Positions 29,082 to 40,198 of a DNA stretch of 64,000 bases are shown piece after piece; the stretch's first letter is position 1, and each line of letters starts with the position of its first letter. The notes beneath the pieces were generated by a model. That model saw nothing but the letters and a program-made list of their open reading frames with translations. It was not told the DNA's origin and did not search any database. This DNA is from Nitrososphaerota archaeon (lineage in GTDB: Archaea > Thermoproteota > Nitrososphaeria > Nitrososphaerales > Nitrosopumilaceae), in NCBI GenBank assembly GCA_028867755.1, contig JAGWFT010000001.1, forward strand, positions 900,727 to 964,726. Direction: 5' to 3'. The position numbers and the translations under genes are program-made.

Positions 29082-29130
29082 AGATGATTTAGTAATAATT
29101 TTAATAATCTCGGATTTTTAAATCAGAGAA

Positions 29131-29244
29131 ATGGCTGAACGCTGTAGGTTCTGTAAAAAAACCCTTGGATCTTGCACCTGTGATGAGAACAATTTGGGAG
29201 AATATTACAATAAACCCAAAGAACGCGATGATCCATATGAATAA
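29131..29244 (+). CDS. Putative 37-aa zinc-binding micro-protein (MAERCRFCKKTLGSCTCDENNLGEYYNKPKERDDPYE)
   Basis: ATG..TAA; CxxC-x6-CxC; TTTAATAA ~24-31 nt upstream. Confidence 0.5.
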   Translation: MAERCRFCKKTLGSCTCDENNLGEYYNKPKERDDPYE

Positions 29245-29580
29245 CTAGTATCACACAGTTTTTGTGGACAAACAATTTATCATGCCTGGTATATCGCAAT
29301 TAAGACCATAGGACTTCAACGGAATGATGATAATTACGGCAATCCTTTGACTGTCGGAGTGCTGTGGTCACTCTAACTTTAATATGCAAAAAGGATTAGT
29401 TTCCTATCTGTAAGACATAAGATGTCTTCAAGGTATTGCGGTATTCAAACAAATATTTGGAAAATCTCCGGGAATTGTAAAATAAAATTCTAAAAATCTA
29501 TTGCGTTTATCTTAAATTACTCTGATTTTCTCAAGTTCTATTTTATTTTTCAGACTATTGTCTCAGCTCTAAATCCTGTA

Positions 29581-29605
29581 TATCAATTGATAAAAACAAT
29601 TGATA
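29581..29605. promoter_or_regulatory. Palindromic candidate regulator site upstream of the 184-aa exported protein
   Basis: Perfect 12-bp palindrome TATCAATTGATA, followed by a second CAATTGATA. Confidence 0.35.
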
Positions 29606-29640
29606 CAATTCATTATAATTTCAATTTAAAATGAACCAAA

Positions 29641-30195
29641 ATGAAAATACAACTATTTTTGACACTGCTGGTGTCATGCGCCTTGCTTGTTCATACTGCA
29701 TATGCGACCATGTATACTGGAGATTTACAGACTAGACAAGAAAACTGCTCTCTTGAATCATGTGTAACTCCAGCATTTTTTGGGATTTTTACGTATCAGA
29801 CAAGCGAACCTGTAGTAAACTCACAACCTAGTATCAGTACTTCCTATGGGGCTACAATGACCTCAAACCACGGCCAAGACTGGCTTGTACAATTTAATCC
29901 ATTTACACCACAAAATGCATATGCTACATTTGTGTCTCAGGTAAATCAAACAGTTCAGACTATTTTCTGGGGCCAGTTTAACTTTACAGAGCAGAAAACA
30001 AATCAAGGTCTTGCTGCTATGAATCAAGTTCTTCAAAATGGAGGCACCAGTGATCAAGCAAGAAATGCATTAGCTCAAAATGCTCAGAGCTCTAGAAGTG
30101 AAATAACAAAAGTCAACAATGATTTGAATGTAAAGTATGGCAATGCAAGTGCTGACGTCCAGTCAAAGTTTGACAAATATGGTAACTTGCGGTAA
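29641..30195 (+). CDS. Exported hypothetical protein, Gln/Asn/Thr-rich
   Basis: 184 aa with a signal peptide ending ...TAYA. Confidence 0.75.
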   Translation: MKIQLFLTLLVSCALLVHTAYATMYTGDLQTRQENCSLESCVTPAFFGIFTYQTSEPVVNSQPSISTSYGATMTSNHGQDWLVQFNPFTPQNAYATFVSQVNQTVQTIFWGQFNFTEQKTNQGLAAMNQVLQNGGTSDQARNALAQNAQSSRSEITKVNNDLNVKYGNASADVQSKFDKYGNLR

Positions 30196-30285
30196 TGGAA
30201 GTTGGAATCTTGGTCTTGCACCGAACGGCAAATAATTAACCCTTAAGTATTTGTTTTCCGATCAAGATTCTAATTGCTAGTGCCC

Positions 30286-30304
30286 TATCCTAGGGGGGAG
30301 GATA
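30286..30304 (+). promoter_or_regulatory. Candidate CsoR/RcnR-family operator
   Basis: TATCCT-AGGGGGG-AGGATA: inverted repeat flanking a G6 tract, the architecture known for CsoR/RcnR operators; ~50 nt upstream of the metal transporter gene. Confidence 0.65.
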
Positions 30305-30355
30305 TGCTTTTTAGGAGCTTATTTTTAATTTTAATTCAAGGAAACATGTGTTTGA

Positions 30356-31024
30356 ATGATTAACCTTCTTCCCTACGTAATAGGAGCAGCTGTAGTTGGA
30401 ATACTGCACATGTCAGCACCTGACCATTGGGTTACGCTTTGCGTCCTTGCAAGGAATAAACAGTGGGCACCCAAAAAGCTATTCGGGATATCGTTTGTAG
30501 CAGCAGTCGGACATGTTGGCCTGTCTATTGTCATGGGTCTTGCAGTAGTAACTCTTGGACTAGTATTCTCACATTTGATTTCATACTATCTTGATACTGG
30601 AATTGGAATTATCATGGTTGGGGCTGGGTTAATTGTTGGAATCAAACCACTTGTCGTAAAAAAAGGTCATCATCACGATGACCACGAACATGAACACAGT
30701 CTTGATACTCAGGATAATGAAGGAAAGGAAGGTGTTGGCAAACTAACGCAGGGAATAGGGTATTTTGCAGTCCTAGGGGCCGCACTCTCACCGGATCCTA
30801 GCATCATACCAATTTATCTTTCGGCAATATCTGCTGGGTTTTATTTTGCGCTTGAGCTATCTGCAGTGTTTGCAACTGCCTCAATTCTGACACTCTTACT
30901 TTTAGTCAAGCTTGGTACGGTGGGACTTGCAAAAACCTTCGAGAAAATTCCAGAAAAATACAATGACTCACTAGTAGGTTTTGTAATTGCTGTTATAGGA
31001 GTTTATGTTCTTATTGCAAGATAG
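30356..31024 (+). CDS. RcnA/NiCoT-like nickel/cobalt transporter with His-rich loop
   Basis: GILHMSAPDHW (HxxxxDH NiCoT-type signature), ~6 TM segments and loop HHHDDHEHEH. Confidence 0.75.
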   Translation: MINLLPYVIGAAVVGILHMSAPDHWVTLCVLARNKQWAPKKLFGISFVAAVGHVGLSIVMGLAVVTLGLVFSHLISYYLDTGIGIIMVGAGLIVGIKPLVVKKGHHHDDHEHEHSLDTQDNEGKEGVGKLTQGIGYFAVLGAALSPDPSIIPIYLSAISAGFYFALELSAVFATASILTLLLLVKLGTVGLAKTFEKIPEKYNDSLVGFVIAVIGVYVLIAR

Positions 31025-31076
31025 GTTGGATAAACTATCCAATTAGATAAATATCTCAATAGGTACAACATAGATC

Positions 31077-31334
31077 ATGACTCATCATAAACTGCCTGAA
31101 GTGAAGAAAAGGTTGGCAAGGATAGAGGGACATGTTAAAGGCATAAGAAAGATGATTGACGATGAAAAGGGATATCCTGAGATTGTACAACAGATCACGG
31201 CAGTCAGAGCGGCTCTTGATAGCACAATGGAGATAATAATTCAGGATCTTGTAGATCATGTTAACCTTAATACAAATACTAGAGGCAAACAGGCAGCCAG
31301 TGATCTAAAAAATACAGTGTCCAAAATTCTATAG
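31077..31334 (+). CDS. CsoR/RcnR family metal-sensitive repressor
   Basis: KRLARIEGHVKGIRKMI...IVQQITAVRAAL...DH. N-terminal THH; the usual first Cys position appears to be substituted (GYPE). Confidence 0.88.
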   Translation: MTHHKLPEVKKRLARIEGHVKGIRKMIDDEKGYPEIVQQITAVRAALDSTMEIIIQDLVDHVNLNTNTRGKQAASDLKNTVSKIL

Positions 31335-31437
31335 GGTGTTGACAAGAATAACAGAAGCAGGCAGAAAAATTCACAATGCGCTGGATGATCAATAATTCAA
31401 ACTGGCTTTTATTTTTCAAGTTTACTCAATCCTGTGT

Positions 31438-33024
31438 TTAATTTGCAGAAAACTTTCTTAGCGCCCTGTTGTACGCAACACCGAACCTGTGGGCCTCGTC
31501 TCTTGCATATTGCAGAACCTTTAGTGCGGCACTGCTTTTTGGCAAGACAATAGGGCTTTTCAGGTTTGGATGGTAAATCTCCTCATTTTCCTTGGCTAGT
31601 GAGACAATTGCTATGCTTACCCCAGCTGACTTGAGTGCCTCACGCGCAGCATTTAGCTGCCCTCTCCCTCCATCAATTAGCACCAAGTCAGGCATCTTGG
31701 AGTCTTCCTGCCGTGCTCTAAGGTATCTTCTTTTTACTATCTCATTTATCATTGCAAAATCATCTCTGCCCTTTACTGTCTTGATTCTAAACTTGCGATA
31801 TCCTGACTTTGATGGTCTGCCGTCTACAAGGCACGACATTGAACCAATTGCATAATCTGTGCCATGATTTGATATGTCAAAACATTCTATGGTTCTTGGG
31901 GTGTGTTCTAGTTTTAATTTCTCTTGGAGCTCAACTACCGCAGGGTCTGCACCCTTTGTCAGTACAAGATCAATATTTTTCATTATGAGTCCTATCATCT
32001 CTTTTCGTTTCCCGCCTGCTGGCACCACAATGTTTACCTTGAATCTTGCAGAGCGAGAAAATATTTCTTCGAGAATCTCTTTTTTGTCCGGCATCTCGCT
32101 TGCTACAATGAACTTTGGAATTGGGTTTGACATATAGTATTGTGACAGAAAACTTGAAAACGAGTTGTCTCCCACCAAGTCAAATGAAAACTTGTTCCTG
32201 TCTTTTATTACGCCACGAGTCTGCCTGAAGCTCATGACATGAGCAGTCTGGTCTTTTATCTTGATGCCAAAATATTCTTCATCTGATTCTCTTACTGTTT
32301 CCATCTTTTGTCTTGTCTGAAGATTTTGAAGCCTCTGCAGGGTCTCGCGAATCTCTTTTGCCCTTTCATATTGGAGGCTTGATGAAGCTTCTTTCATCTC
32401 CATTTCTAGTTTTGTAACAAAGTCTTCCAGTCTGCGTTTTCCTTTTAGTATGGATTCAAGTTCTGCTATGTGTTCTGGGTATTGTTTCCGTGCATCCTTG
32501 AACTGGCATGGGGCTTCACAGTTGCCAAGGTGATATTCAAGACATGCCTCCTTTGGGAGTTTTTTGCATATTCTAATCTTGAATGTCTTTCTTAGGTGTC
32601 CAATTGAGAGCATCTTTGAGCTACCATGTGTGAAAGGCCCGTACACGCGTCCGCCTCCAAGAAATTCTCCAGTTCGGGTCCTTCTTGCCACCATGAGACG
32701 AGGAAACTCTTCGTTTGTAATCCTAAGGTAGGTATACCTTTGCTGGTCTTTTAGTTCGATGTTATAGGGTGGCCTGTAACGCTTGATCATGTTTGATTCA
32801 AGCAAAAAGGCCTCCTCTTCATTGTCTGTTAGGACAAACTCGATATCGCGTATCTTTTCAACAAGTTTCTGTGTCTTGTAGTTCTGGTTCTTGACAAAAT
32901 AAGACCTGACTCGATTCTTGAGGTTCTTTGCCTTTCCGATATACAGTATGTTGCTGTTGTCATCTTTCATGATGTAGATGCCAGAGTGTGGTGGAATGTT
33001 TACAGTTGATATGTCAAGTGTCAT
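31438..33024 (-). CDS. uvrC: Excinuclease ABC subunit C (no C-terminal HhH pair visible)
   Basis: GIY-YIG (GIYIM..LYIGKAKNLKNRV), UVR, IECFDISN, DDFAM, DGGRGQL and RDEAHRF. Confidence 0.93.
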   Translation of the reverse strand: MTLDISTVNIPPHSGIYIMKDDNSNILYIGKAKNLKNRVRSYFVKNQNYKTQKLVEKIRDIEFVLTDNEEEAFLLESNMIKRYRPPYNIELKDQQRYTYLRITNEEFPRLMVARRTRTGEFLGGGRVYGPFTHGSSKMLSIGHLRKTFKIRICKKLPKEACLEYHLGNCEAPCQFKDARKQYPEHIAELESILKGKRRLEDFVTKLEMEMKEASSSLQYERAKEIRETLQRLQNLQTRQKMETVRESDEEYFGIKIKDQTAHVMSFRQTRGVIKDRNKFSFDLVGDNSFSSFLSQYYMSNPIPKFIVASEMPDKKEILEEIFSRSARFKVNIVVPAGGKRKEMIGLIMKNIDLVLTKGADPAVVELQEKLKLEHTPRTIECFDISNHGTDYAIGSMSCLVDGRPSKSGYRKFRIKTVKGRDDFAMINEIVKRRYLRARQEDSKMPDLVLIDGGRGQLNAAREALKSAGVSIAIVSLAKENEEIYHPNLKSPIVLPKSSAALKVLQYARDEAHRFGVAYNRALRKFSAN

Positions 33025-35833
33025 TTCTCAAGATTCGTTTTAGGTACTGCCCAGTGTAACTTCTTGGATTTTGGGAAACCTGCTCGGGAGTTCCAGTTGC
33101 AACAATTGTTCCGCCGCCATCTCCTCCCTCTGGGCCCAAGTCAATTATCCAGTCTGAGTTTTTGATAACATCCATGTTGTGCTCAATTATGATTACCGTG
33201 TTTCCCATCTTTACCAATCTGTTTAGCACCTCAAGTAGTTTCTGAACGTCTGCAAAGTGCAATCCGGTTGTTGGCTCGTCTAGTATGTAGACTGTTCTTC
33301 CAGTGTCACGCTTTGACAGCTCTGCTGAAAGCTTTACACGCTGGGCCTCGCCGCCAGACAATGTTGTAGCAGCCTGGCCTAGCTTGATGTATCCAAGACC
33401 CACATCAAAGACTGTTTGAAGTTTTCTCTGAATTGAAGGAATGTTTTTGAAAAACTCTAGTGCCTCTTCTACTGTCATTGCAAGTATGTCTGAAATGTTC
33501 TTGTCTTTGTAGTGCACTGCAAGTGTTTCAGAGTTGTATCTTTTTCCTTTGCATTCATCGCATACTACGTATACGTCTGATAGAAACTGCATCTCTATTT
33601 TTTTGACCCCGTCTCCTTCGCATGCAAAACACCTACCGTCTGCAACATTAAACGAAAACTGTCCTGGGGCGTATCCTCTCTCTTTTGACAGTTCGGTCTC
33701 TGCGTATAGGTCTCTGATTGGCGTAAATGCACCAATGTATGTGGCAGGATTTGAGCGCGGAGTTCGTCCTATTGGTGACTGGTCTATTCCTATGACTTTA
33801 TCAATCTCATCTAGCCCTGTTATTGTCTTGTGCCTTCCCGGCCTCTCAATTGAACCATAGATGTCTTTTGCAAGGGCCCTGTAGAGAACGTCGTTTACAA
33901 GCGTAGATTTTCCAGAGCCTGATACGCCTGTCACTGTAATCATCATGCCTAGAGGAAACTGGACATCGATACTTTTGAGATTGTTCTCTGCTGCACCTTT
34001 TACTGTTATCTCTCCTTTTTTTGTATGCACTCTTTTTTCAAATTTTATTGCATCATGGTTTTTGAGATACTGTCCAGTTACAGAGCCAGAACTTTTTAAA
34101 ATATCATATATCGTTCCTTCAAAGACCACTTCTCCTCCATGTACTCCGGCACCAGGTCCCAAGTCAATTATCCAGTCAGAGCTTCGCATTACTTCTTCAT
34201 CATGCTCTACGACAAGTATTGTGTTTCCAAGATCACGAAGCTTTGTTAGTGTCTTTATCAACTTTGCATTGTCTCTTTGGTGCAATCCAATTGTTGGCTC
34301 GTCAAGAACATAGAGCACTCCTGTAAGATTAGAGCCAATCTGTGTTGCAAGTCTTATTCTTTGTGCTTCTCCTCCAGACAAAGTAGAGCTTACGCGATTA
34401 AGTGTAAGATAGTTCAGGCCAACGTTTTTTAGAAATTCAAGTCTTGAGAGAACCTCTTTTAGAATGGATTTTGCAATATATTTTTCAGTCTCGCTTAGCT
34501 GGAGATTTTTGAAAAACTCGTAACAAGAGTCAACTGACAGGTCACAGACATCCATGATTGATAATGAATTAATTGACACTGCAAGTGATTCGTCTTTTAG
34601 TCTTCTTCCCTTGCATGTGTTGCATGGAGTCTCTCGCATGAACTTGCTTAGCTCCTCTCTTTTTGACTCGGAATCTGTCTCTGCAAAGTTTTTCTGAAGG
34701 CTTGGAATTACTCCATGAAAAGTATTGGTATACTCCCACCTTGAATCAGTTGACTGGGATTCATATGAAAACTTGACAGCTTCTTGGCTACCGTGCAAAA
34801 TGATTTGGAGCTGCTTTTGTGTCATCTTGTTAATTGGCGTCATTAGGTCAAAGCCGTATTTTTTTCCAACGTCTCGCAGAGTCTGCCTTCTAAATGAAGA
34901 AAACCTGCCTGACCATGGCACTATGGCCCCATCTAGGATGGATTTTGTCTTGTCAGGAATCAGCAGATCAGGCTCAAACTCCATCTTTACGCCTAGCCCA
35001 TGGCATGTCTTGCATGCCCCAAAAGGAGAGTTGAACGAAAAGCCTCTTGGCTCAAGCTCGCCTATTGAGATTCCACAAAAAGGACATGCATTGTTTTGAG
35101 AGTAGACTTTTTCCTCAGTGTCAACAATCATGACATCGCCCTTTCCTGCCTTGAGCGCAGTCTGGATTGATTCGTAGAGCCTACTTTTTTCCTCCCAGGA
35201 TGCCTTGAGCCTATCAACGACGATTTCTATATTGTGCCACTTTTGCTTGTCAAGTACTGGGAATTCTCCTGTGATCTCAAGTATCTCACCGTCTACTCGA
35301 ATTCTCGAGTATCCTTGTTTTTTTACTTCATCAAATAGTTTTTCATAAGTTCCTTTCTTTCTTCTAACAAGTGATGCAAGAATCAATATTTTTTTTCCTT
35401 CAGATTCTTTGAGAATTGACTCGCAGATTGATTCTATTGACTGGTTTGATATCTTGCGTGAGCATCTTGGGCAGTGCGGCGTTCCAATTCTTGCGTATAG
35501 CAGTCTGAGATAATCGTAAATCTCTGTTATTGTCCCAACAGTAGAACGAGGATTTTTGCTTGTAGTTTTTTGCTGGATTGATATTGCAGGAGAGAGTCCT
35601 TCGATTGAATCAACATCAGGCTTGTTCATCATCTCAAGAAACTGTCTTGCATAAGCTGACAGTGATTCAACATATCTTCTCTGCCCTTCTGCATAAATTG
35701 TATCAAATGCAAGCGTTGATTTTCCAGAGCCTGAAAGACCAGTGATTACTACAAGTTTATTTTTTGGAATATCGACATTGATATTTTTTAGGTTGTGCTC
35801 CCTTGCACCTCGGATGATTAGCTTGTCATTCAT
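33014..35833 (-). CDS. uvrA: Excinuclease ABC subunit A
   Basis: GAREHNLK, two Walker A motifs ([16 protein letters not shown]), LSGGEAQR x2 and Zn fingers. Confidence 0.97.
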   Translation of the reverse strand: MNDKLIIRGAREHNLKNINVDIPKNKLVVITGLSGSGKSTLAFDTIYAEGQRRYVESLSAYARQFLEMMNKPDVDSIEGLSPAISIQQKTTSKNPRSTVGTITEIYDYLRLLYARIGTPHCPRCSRKISNQSIESICESILKESEGKKILILASLVRRKKGTYEKLFDEVKKQGYSRIRVDGEILEITGEFPVLDKQKWHNIEIVVDRLKASWEEKSRLYESIQTALKAGKGDVMIVDTEEKVYSQNNACPFCGISIGELEPRGFSFNSPFGACKTCHGLGVKMEFEPDLLIPDKTKSILDGAIVPWSGRFSSFRRQTLRDVGKKYGFDLMTPINKMTQKQLQIILHGSQEAVKFSYESQSTDSRWEYTNTFHGVIPSLQKNFAETDSESKREELSKFMRETPCNTCKGRRLKDESLAVSINSLSIMDVCDLSVDSCYEFFKNLQLSETEKYIAKSILKEVLSRLEFLKNVGLNYLTLNRVSSTLSGGEAQRIRLATQIGSNLTGVLYVLDEPTIGLHQRDNAKLIKTLTKLRDLGNTILVVEHDEEVMRSSDWIIDLGPGAGVHGGEVVFEGTIYDILKSSGSVTGQYLKNHDAIKFEKRVHTKKGEITVKGAAENNLKSIDVQFPLGMMITVTGVSGSGKSTLVNDVLYRALAKDIYGSIERPGRHKTITGLDEIDKVIGIDQSPIGRTPRSNPATYIGAFTPIRDLYAETELSKERGYAPGQFSFNVADGRCFACEGDGVKKIEMQFLSDVYVVCDECKGKRYNSETLAVHYKDKNISDILAMTVEEALEFFKNIPSIQRKLQTVFDVGLGYIKLGQAATTLSGGEAQRVKLSAELSKRDTGRTVYILDEPTTGLHFADVQKLLEVLNRLVKMGNTVIIIEHNMDVIKNSDWIIDLGPEGGDGGGTIVATGTPEQVSQNPRSYTGQYLKRILRNDT

Positions 35834-37766
35834 TTCTAAGTTGTCTCTGTACCTTGGTTAATTTATCCCGGTATTCGATTGCATTCTCAAAGTCAAGGTC
35901 TTCCGCATATCGCTTCATGGTGGCTTCTATCTCAATTGCAAGTGTTTGCAGGTCATGTCTTGACATATGTTTTGTCTCATCTAGTGCTATTGTTTGCTGT
36001 GGTATTGCCTTTACAATAGTTGCAGGGGTAATTCCCATCTTTTTGTTGTATTCTACCTGTTTCTTTCTTCTTCTTTCTGTCTCTGCAATGGCAAGCCTCA
36101 TTGACTGGGTGACGTTATCTGCATACATTATCACAGAGCCGTCCACGTTTCTTGCTGCCCTTCCAAAGGTCTGAATCAAACTTGTGATATTTCTCAAAAA
36201 TCCTTCCTTGTCTGCATCAAGTATTGCAACAAGGGCAACTTCAGGTATGTCAAGGCCCTCCCTTAGGAGGTTTATGCCTACAAGTACATCAAACTCCCCT
36301 AGCCTCAGCTGTCTTATTATCTCGGTTCTCTGGAGATTTTCAATCTCCGAGTGAAGGTATCGCACCTTGACCTTGTTTTTAGACAAGTATTCTGCCAAGT
36401 CTTCTGCCATTCTTTTTGTTAGTGTAGTAACAAGTACGCGCTGATTTTTATCAACACGCTTTTTTATTTCTAAAATTAAATCGTCCATCTGCACATCTGT
36501 CTTTCTTATCTGAACTGTTGGGTCAACAAGGCCTGTTGGTCTTACCAGTTGCTCGACTATCTGGAAACTTTTTTTGCGTTCATACTCTCCAGGAGTTGCA
36601 GATACAAAGATTGTGTTTCTTACATACTTTTCAAATTCATCAAATCGTAGTGGCCTGTTATCAAAAGCGCTCACCAGCCTGAACCCATAATCTATGAGAG
36701 ATTTTTTGCGTGTATGGTCGCCATTATACATTCCATGCAACTGTGGCAAAGTTACATGCGACTCATCAATTACAAGTAAAAAATCATCTCCAAAAAAATC
36801 AAGAAGACAAAAAGGAGGTTCCCCTGCAAGCCTTCCATCAAAATGTCTTGAATAATTTTCAATTCCGGAACAATATCCAAGCTCTTCAATCATCTCTAAA
36901 TCATACTTTGTTCTCATCTCAAGTCGTTGTCTTTCAAGCTCGGGCAGCTCTTGCAGTCTTTGTTTTAGCTCATTTCTTATTGACTCGATTGCAGTTTTTC
37001 TAACGTCTGCTGCAACAAGATAGTGCTTTGCAGGATAAATCTTGATCTTGGACACTTGTTTTTTCTCTTTGAGAGATATGGGGTCGCAAATTGATATCTT
37101 TTCAACATCGTCGCCAAACATGGAGATTCTTACTACAGAGTCAGAATAAGCCGGAATGATGTCTATTGTATCGCCCTTTATTCTGAATCCGCCTGGTGCC
37201 AACTCCATATCATTTCTTTCATATCTTGCATTGACGAGTTTTTTTATCAAAGATCCTCGTCCAATCTCAGAGTCTTTTTCTATTGTAATTGACATGAGCT
37301 CCCATTCGCGTGGAGAACCAAGTGAGTATATGCAAGAAACTGTGGCAACTATGATGGTGGGCTCCCCTGAGAGCAACATTGCAGTTGCCTCAAGCCTCAT
37401 CTTTTCAATTTTCTCGTTTATCTGGGTGTCTTTTTCTATGTAGGTGTCAGTCTGTGGTATGTAGCTTTCAGGTTGATAGTAATCGTAATAGCTTACAAAA
37501 TATCCAACATTGTTTTTTGGGAAAAACTGTTTTAGTTCAGAGTAAAGCTGTGCAGCAAGCGTCTTGTTGTGTGAAATGACAAGTGTATTTTTCCCAGTCC
37601 TCTGAATGGCATTTGCAACAGTAAACGTCTTGCCGCTTCCTGTAACCCCAAGCAAAGTTTGGATCTTCTTTTTCCTAATGCCTTCTGCTAGTGCATCTAT
37701 TGCCTGGGGCTGATCCCCTGTAGGTACAAAGTCTGATGCTAACTCAAAGGTAGGATTTTCAAGCAA
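35826..37766 (-). CDS. uvrB: Excinuclease ABC subunit B
   Basis: [32 protein letters not shown] and [10 protein letters not shown]. Confidence 0.97.
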   Translation of the reverse strand: MLENPTFELASDFVPTGDQPQAIDALAEGIRKKKIQTLLGVTGSGKTFTVANAIQRTGKNTLVISHNKTLAAQLYSELKQFFPKNNVGYFVSYYDYYQPESYIPQTDTYIEKDTQINEKIEKMRLEATAMLLSGEPTIIVATVSCIYSLGSPREWELMSITIEKDSEIGRGSLIKKLVNARYERNDMELAPGGFRIKGDTIDIIPAYSDSVVRISMFGDDVEKISICDPISLKEKKQVSKIKIYPAKHYLVAADVRKTAIESIRNELKQRLQELPELERQRLEMRTKYDLEMIEELGYCSGIENYSRHFDGRLAGEPPFCLLDFFGDDFLLVIDESHVTLPQLHGMYNGDHTRKKSLIDYGFRLVSAFDNRPLRFDEFEKYVRNTIFVSATPGEYERKKSFQIVEQLVRPTGLVDPTVQIRKTDVQMDDLILEIKKRVDKNQRVLVTTLTKRMAEDLAEYLSKNKVKVRYLHSEIENLQRTEIIRQLRLGEFDVLVGINLLREGLDIPEVALVAILDADKEGFLRNITSLIQTFGRAARNVDGSVIMYADNVTQSMRLAIAETERRRKKQVEYNKKMGITPATIVKAIPQQTIALDETKHMSRHDLQTLAIEIEATMKRYAEDLDFENAIEYRDKLTKVQRQLRNE

Positions 37767-37855
37767 GATTGCTATTTGTTGGTGCTTTCCTAACTAAAAC
37801 TTTGAGTTGTTATGGATGCTGACTAGATGTTTGCAGCATTTTTCAAATGATGTAC

Positions 37856-38503
37856 TTACCAGAGCGGATCTTCTGATATCTCGAGGTCTTTGCCTGTCTG
37901 TCTTATACCCATTGTCTTGACCGTATTTTTTGCAGTAGGTGAGTTTCTCTCAAGGATTAGTTTTGCTAGCGCAAGCCTTGTTTTTTTGTCCAAATGTTGG
38001 CCTATCTTGTACTTGCCACGCATTGTCTCTGGCACCACCTTGATTATGGCAACTTCATCTACTACGTGCATCTCAGGCGTTATCTTCTCATACTTGCCTT
38101 CTGGCTGGTATTTTTCCATAAGTGAGTTTAGGGCAAATACCTTCTCGTTTCTGTCTGACACTAGGCTTCCATGTCCCTTGATGACGACGCTGATGTAAAA
38201 CGTGTCTGCCTGCGATGCATCTGTCGGGCTGCTAAAGTATGACGGTAAAAATTCCAAGCTATGATCTACCTCAAAGCCCACCTTTGAATTTCTTGAGATG
38301 TTTTCAAGTTTCTCACCCTTGATGTGAGAATGCATGTAGATCGAGTCTCTTGCATAGACAAAATTCATTGGGATTATCTGGGGGTACCCATCCTTGTCTA
38401 TACTGCATACACGCCCGGTCTCCTGACTGTTTAGAAATTCGATTATCTTTTCCTTTGATTTTATCTCTAATCTTCCAAGTAATTGCATGTATCTTGTTCT
38501 CAT
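37856..38503 (-). CDS. Pyridoxamine 5'-phosphate oxidase-like (split-barrel flavin-binding) protein
   Basis: YPQIIPMNF, IYMHS..GEKLENI, KVGFEVD, YISVVIKG and GKYK. Confidence 0.85.
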   Translation of the reverse strand: MRTRYMQLLGRLEIKSKEKIIEFLNSQETGRVCSIDKDGYPQIIPMNFVYARDSIYMHSHIKGEKLENISRNSKVGFEVDHSLEFLPSYFSSPTDASQADTFYISVVIKGHGSLVSDRNEKVFALNSLMEKYQPEGKYEKITPEMHVVDEVAIIKVVPETMRGKYKIGQHLDKKTRLALAKLILERNSPTAKNTVKTMGIRQTGKDLEISEDPLW

Positions 38504-38562
38504 AATTGGTATTTTTGCGTATGTTTTTAATGGTTAAATTGGGGGACATACCATTACCGGGC

Positions 38563-38973
38563 ATGCAATCAGACCAAGTGAAATCCAGTCTTAGGGCATT
38601 TGTGATGATTGGAGCATCAGTTGTAGGATTTTCAAGCTTTGTGTATCATTTGTTTGGAGATACGATTCCGTCGTTTTTCTCAGTATATCTCAAAGAAATT
38701 GGTGCTGCCCTGATAATGATGGCAGTCTTTGTGTTTGCAATTGCATGGCTACTCAAAGCAAAACCACACAAAAAACCGCAACGATACTTTATCAAAGTGT
38801 TTGATCTCTTCGGACAAGAGTTTAAGATTGAAAACGTGAGAACCGAGTTTAAGACACACGATGTGGCATGGAGCTTTATGAAACAATACAAAACATCTTA
38901 CCCGCTCTACAACTTTGCACTAGTATCAGACCTGCCAAATTCTGACAAGATGACGATTTTCAGATATCTGTAA
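38563..38973 (+). CDS. Two-TM membrane protein with small C-terminal soluble domain
   Basis: From ATG 38563 (MQSDQ): two hydrophobic helices, then a soluble domain. Confidence 0.65.
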   Translation: MQSDQVKSSLRAFVMIGASVVGFSSFVYHLFGDTIPSFFSVYLKEIGAALIMMAVFVFAIAWLLKAKPHKKPQRYFIKVFDLFGQEFKIENVRTEFKTHDVAWSFMKQYKTSYPLYNFALVSDLPNSDKMTIFRYL

Positions 38974-38978
38974 AGAAA

Positions 38979-40064
38979 CTATTTTCTTGGATTGTTTTGG
39001 TCTTTAAAGTAAGGCAATACAGTAGAGCCAAACTTGTCTATAGAGCCAAAGTATCCAGAACCCCAGAATCTGACTATAAAGTGGTTGACTCCTGCCTTGA
39101 TGAATCTCTCAAAGACAGGTATGATATCATCTGGGGTGCCAATACCAATTGAAGAGCGTGCCACCTGGTCAGGAATTGTCTGTGCGGCCTCTCTCATCTT
39201 TACTATCCATTCCTGATTTGACATGGAATATTCTGTGAAATACTTTTTGAAGTCAAAGCCTGCAACATCTTTGATTCCGTGTACCTTGAGAACCTCTGGC
39301 TTGAACAAGCTTACCTTTACTGCATTTTTCATCTTTGCCCATGCTATTTCTGTGTCATCTGCAAAGTAAACATCGATATCTACGCCAAACTGGAAATTTG
39401 AGCTGTCTCTGCCGTTTTCTTTCATTGATTGCTTGATTGATTTTACGTGCTCTTCATATAATTCTGGAGTGTATCCTATTGGAATCCATCCATCGCCATA
39501 TTTTCCGCACAATGCAAGTGTCCTTGGTGCACCTGCTGCCATGTAAATTGGTGGATGTGGTTTTCTAATCGGTGCAGCTTGCAAGCATGCATTTTCAAGC
39601 TCATAGTATTCTCCCTTAAAGTTAACTCTGTGATCAGGTGATGACTCGAAAAGTAATTTGATTACCTGAAGCTGTTCTTCAAATCTGCCAACTGGTTTGT
39701 CCCATAATATTTTGAACTCTTTGATATTTTGTGCCTCCCCTGCACCTATTCCAAGTGTTCCTCTTCCATGTGATACTCTGTCAAGAGTAATTGAAGCAAG
39801 CGCAATATTTGATGGATGACGTCTTACTGCATCTGTTACACAAGTTCCAAGCTCAACCTTGTTTGTGATGGACGCTATGGCAGAGAGCATCACCCATGGG
39901 TCATTTACAATTGCATGATTCCACTGAGGAACATTGCTGTGGTCCATGTACCAAATCGAATCGTATCCGACCTTGTCAGCCAGGACACATGCCGTTAAGA
40001 TCTGGTCTTCTGTTAGTCCAAGACGAGCAACGTTTAACCCCTGTTGAATTCCAAACTTGATCAT
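38979..40064 (-). CDS. LLM-class (luciferase-like, probably F420-dependent) oxidoreductase
   Basis: ADKVGYDSIWYMDH, DPWVMLSAIA, LGTCVT, LDRVSHGR..LGIGAGE and GDGWIP. Confidence 0.9.
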   Translation of the reverse strand: MIKFGIQQGLNVARLGLTEDQILTACVLADKVGYDSIWYMDHSNVPQWNHAIVNDPWVMLSAIASITNKVELGTCVTDAVRRHPSNIALASITLDRVSHGRGTLGIGAGEAQNIKEFKILWDKPVGRFEEQLQVIKLLFESSPDHRVNFKGEYYELENACLQAAPIRKPHPPIYMAAGAPRTLALCGKYGDGWIPIGYTPELYEEHVKSIKQSMKENGRDSSNFQFGVDIDVYFADDTEIAWAKMKNAVKVSLFKPEVLKVHGIKDVAGFDFKKYFTEYSMSNQEWIVKMREAAQTIPDQVARSSIGIGTPDDIIPVFERFIKAGVNHFIVRFWGSGYFGSIDKFGSTVLPYFKDQNNPRK

Positions 40065-40198
40065 TTTTTATTCGAAATCCTGTTGCACTTTGCTCAATTG
40101 AAAGCAGTATTTAAGTTTAGTAAGAAAGACAGTAATCGTCATCCCGTGTGATAAAGTGACAGAAAAATATACCAAAAGTATCAATTGCCAGAAAAATC

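Noticed and set aside
29245-29376. Short stop-free frame that might be a gene remnant
   Set aside because: No start codon or recognisable motif, so it cannot be supported as a pseudogene.
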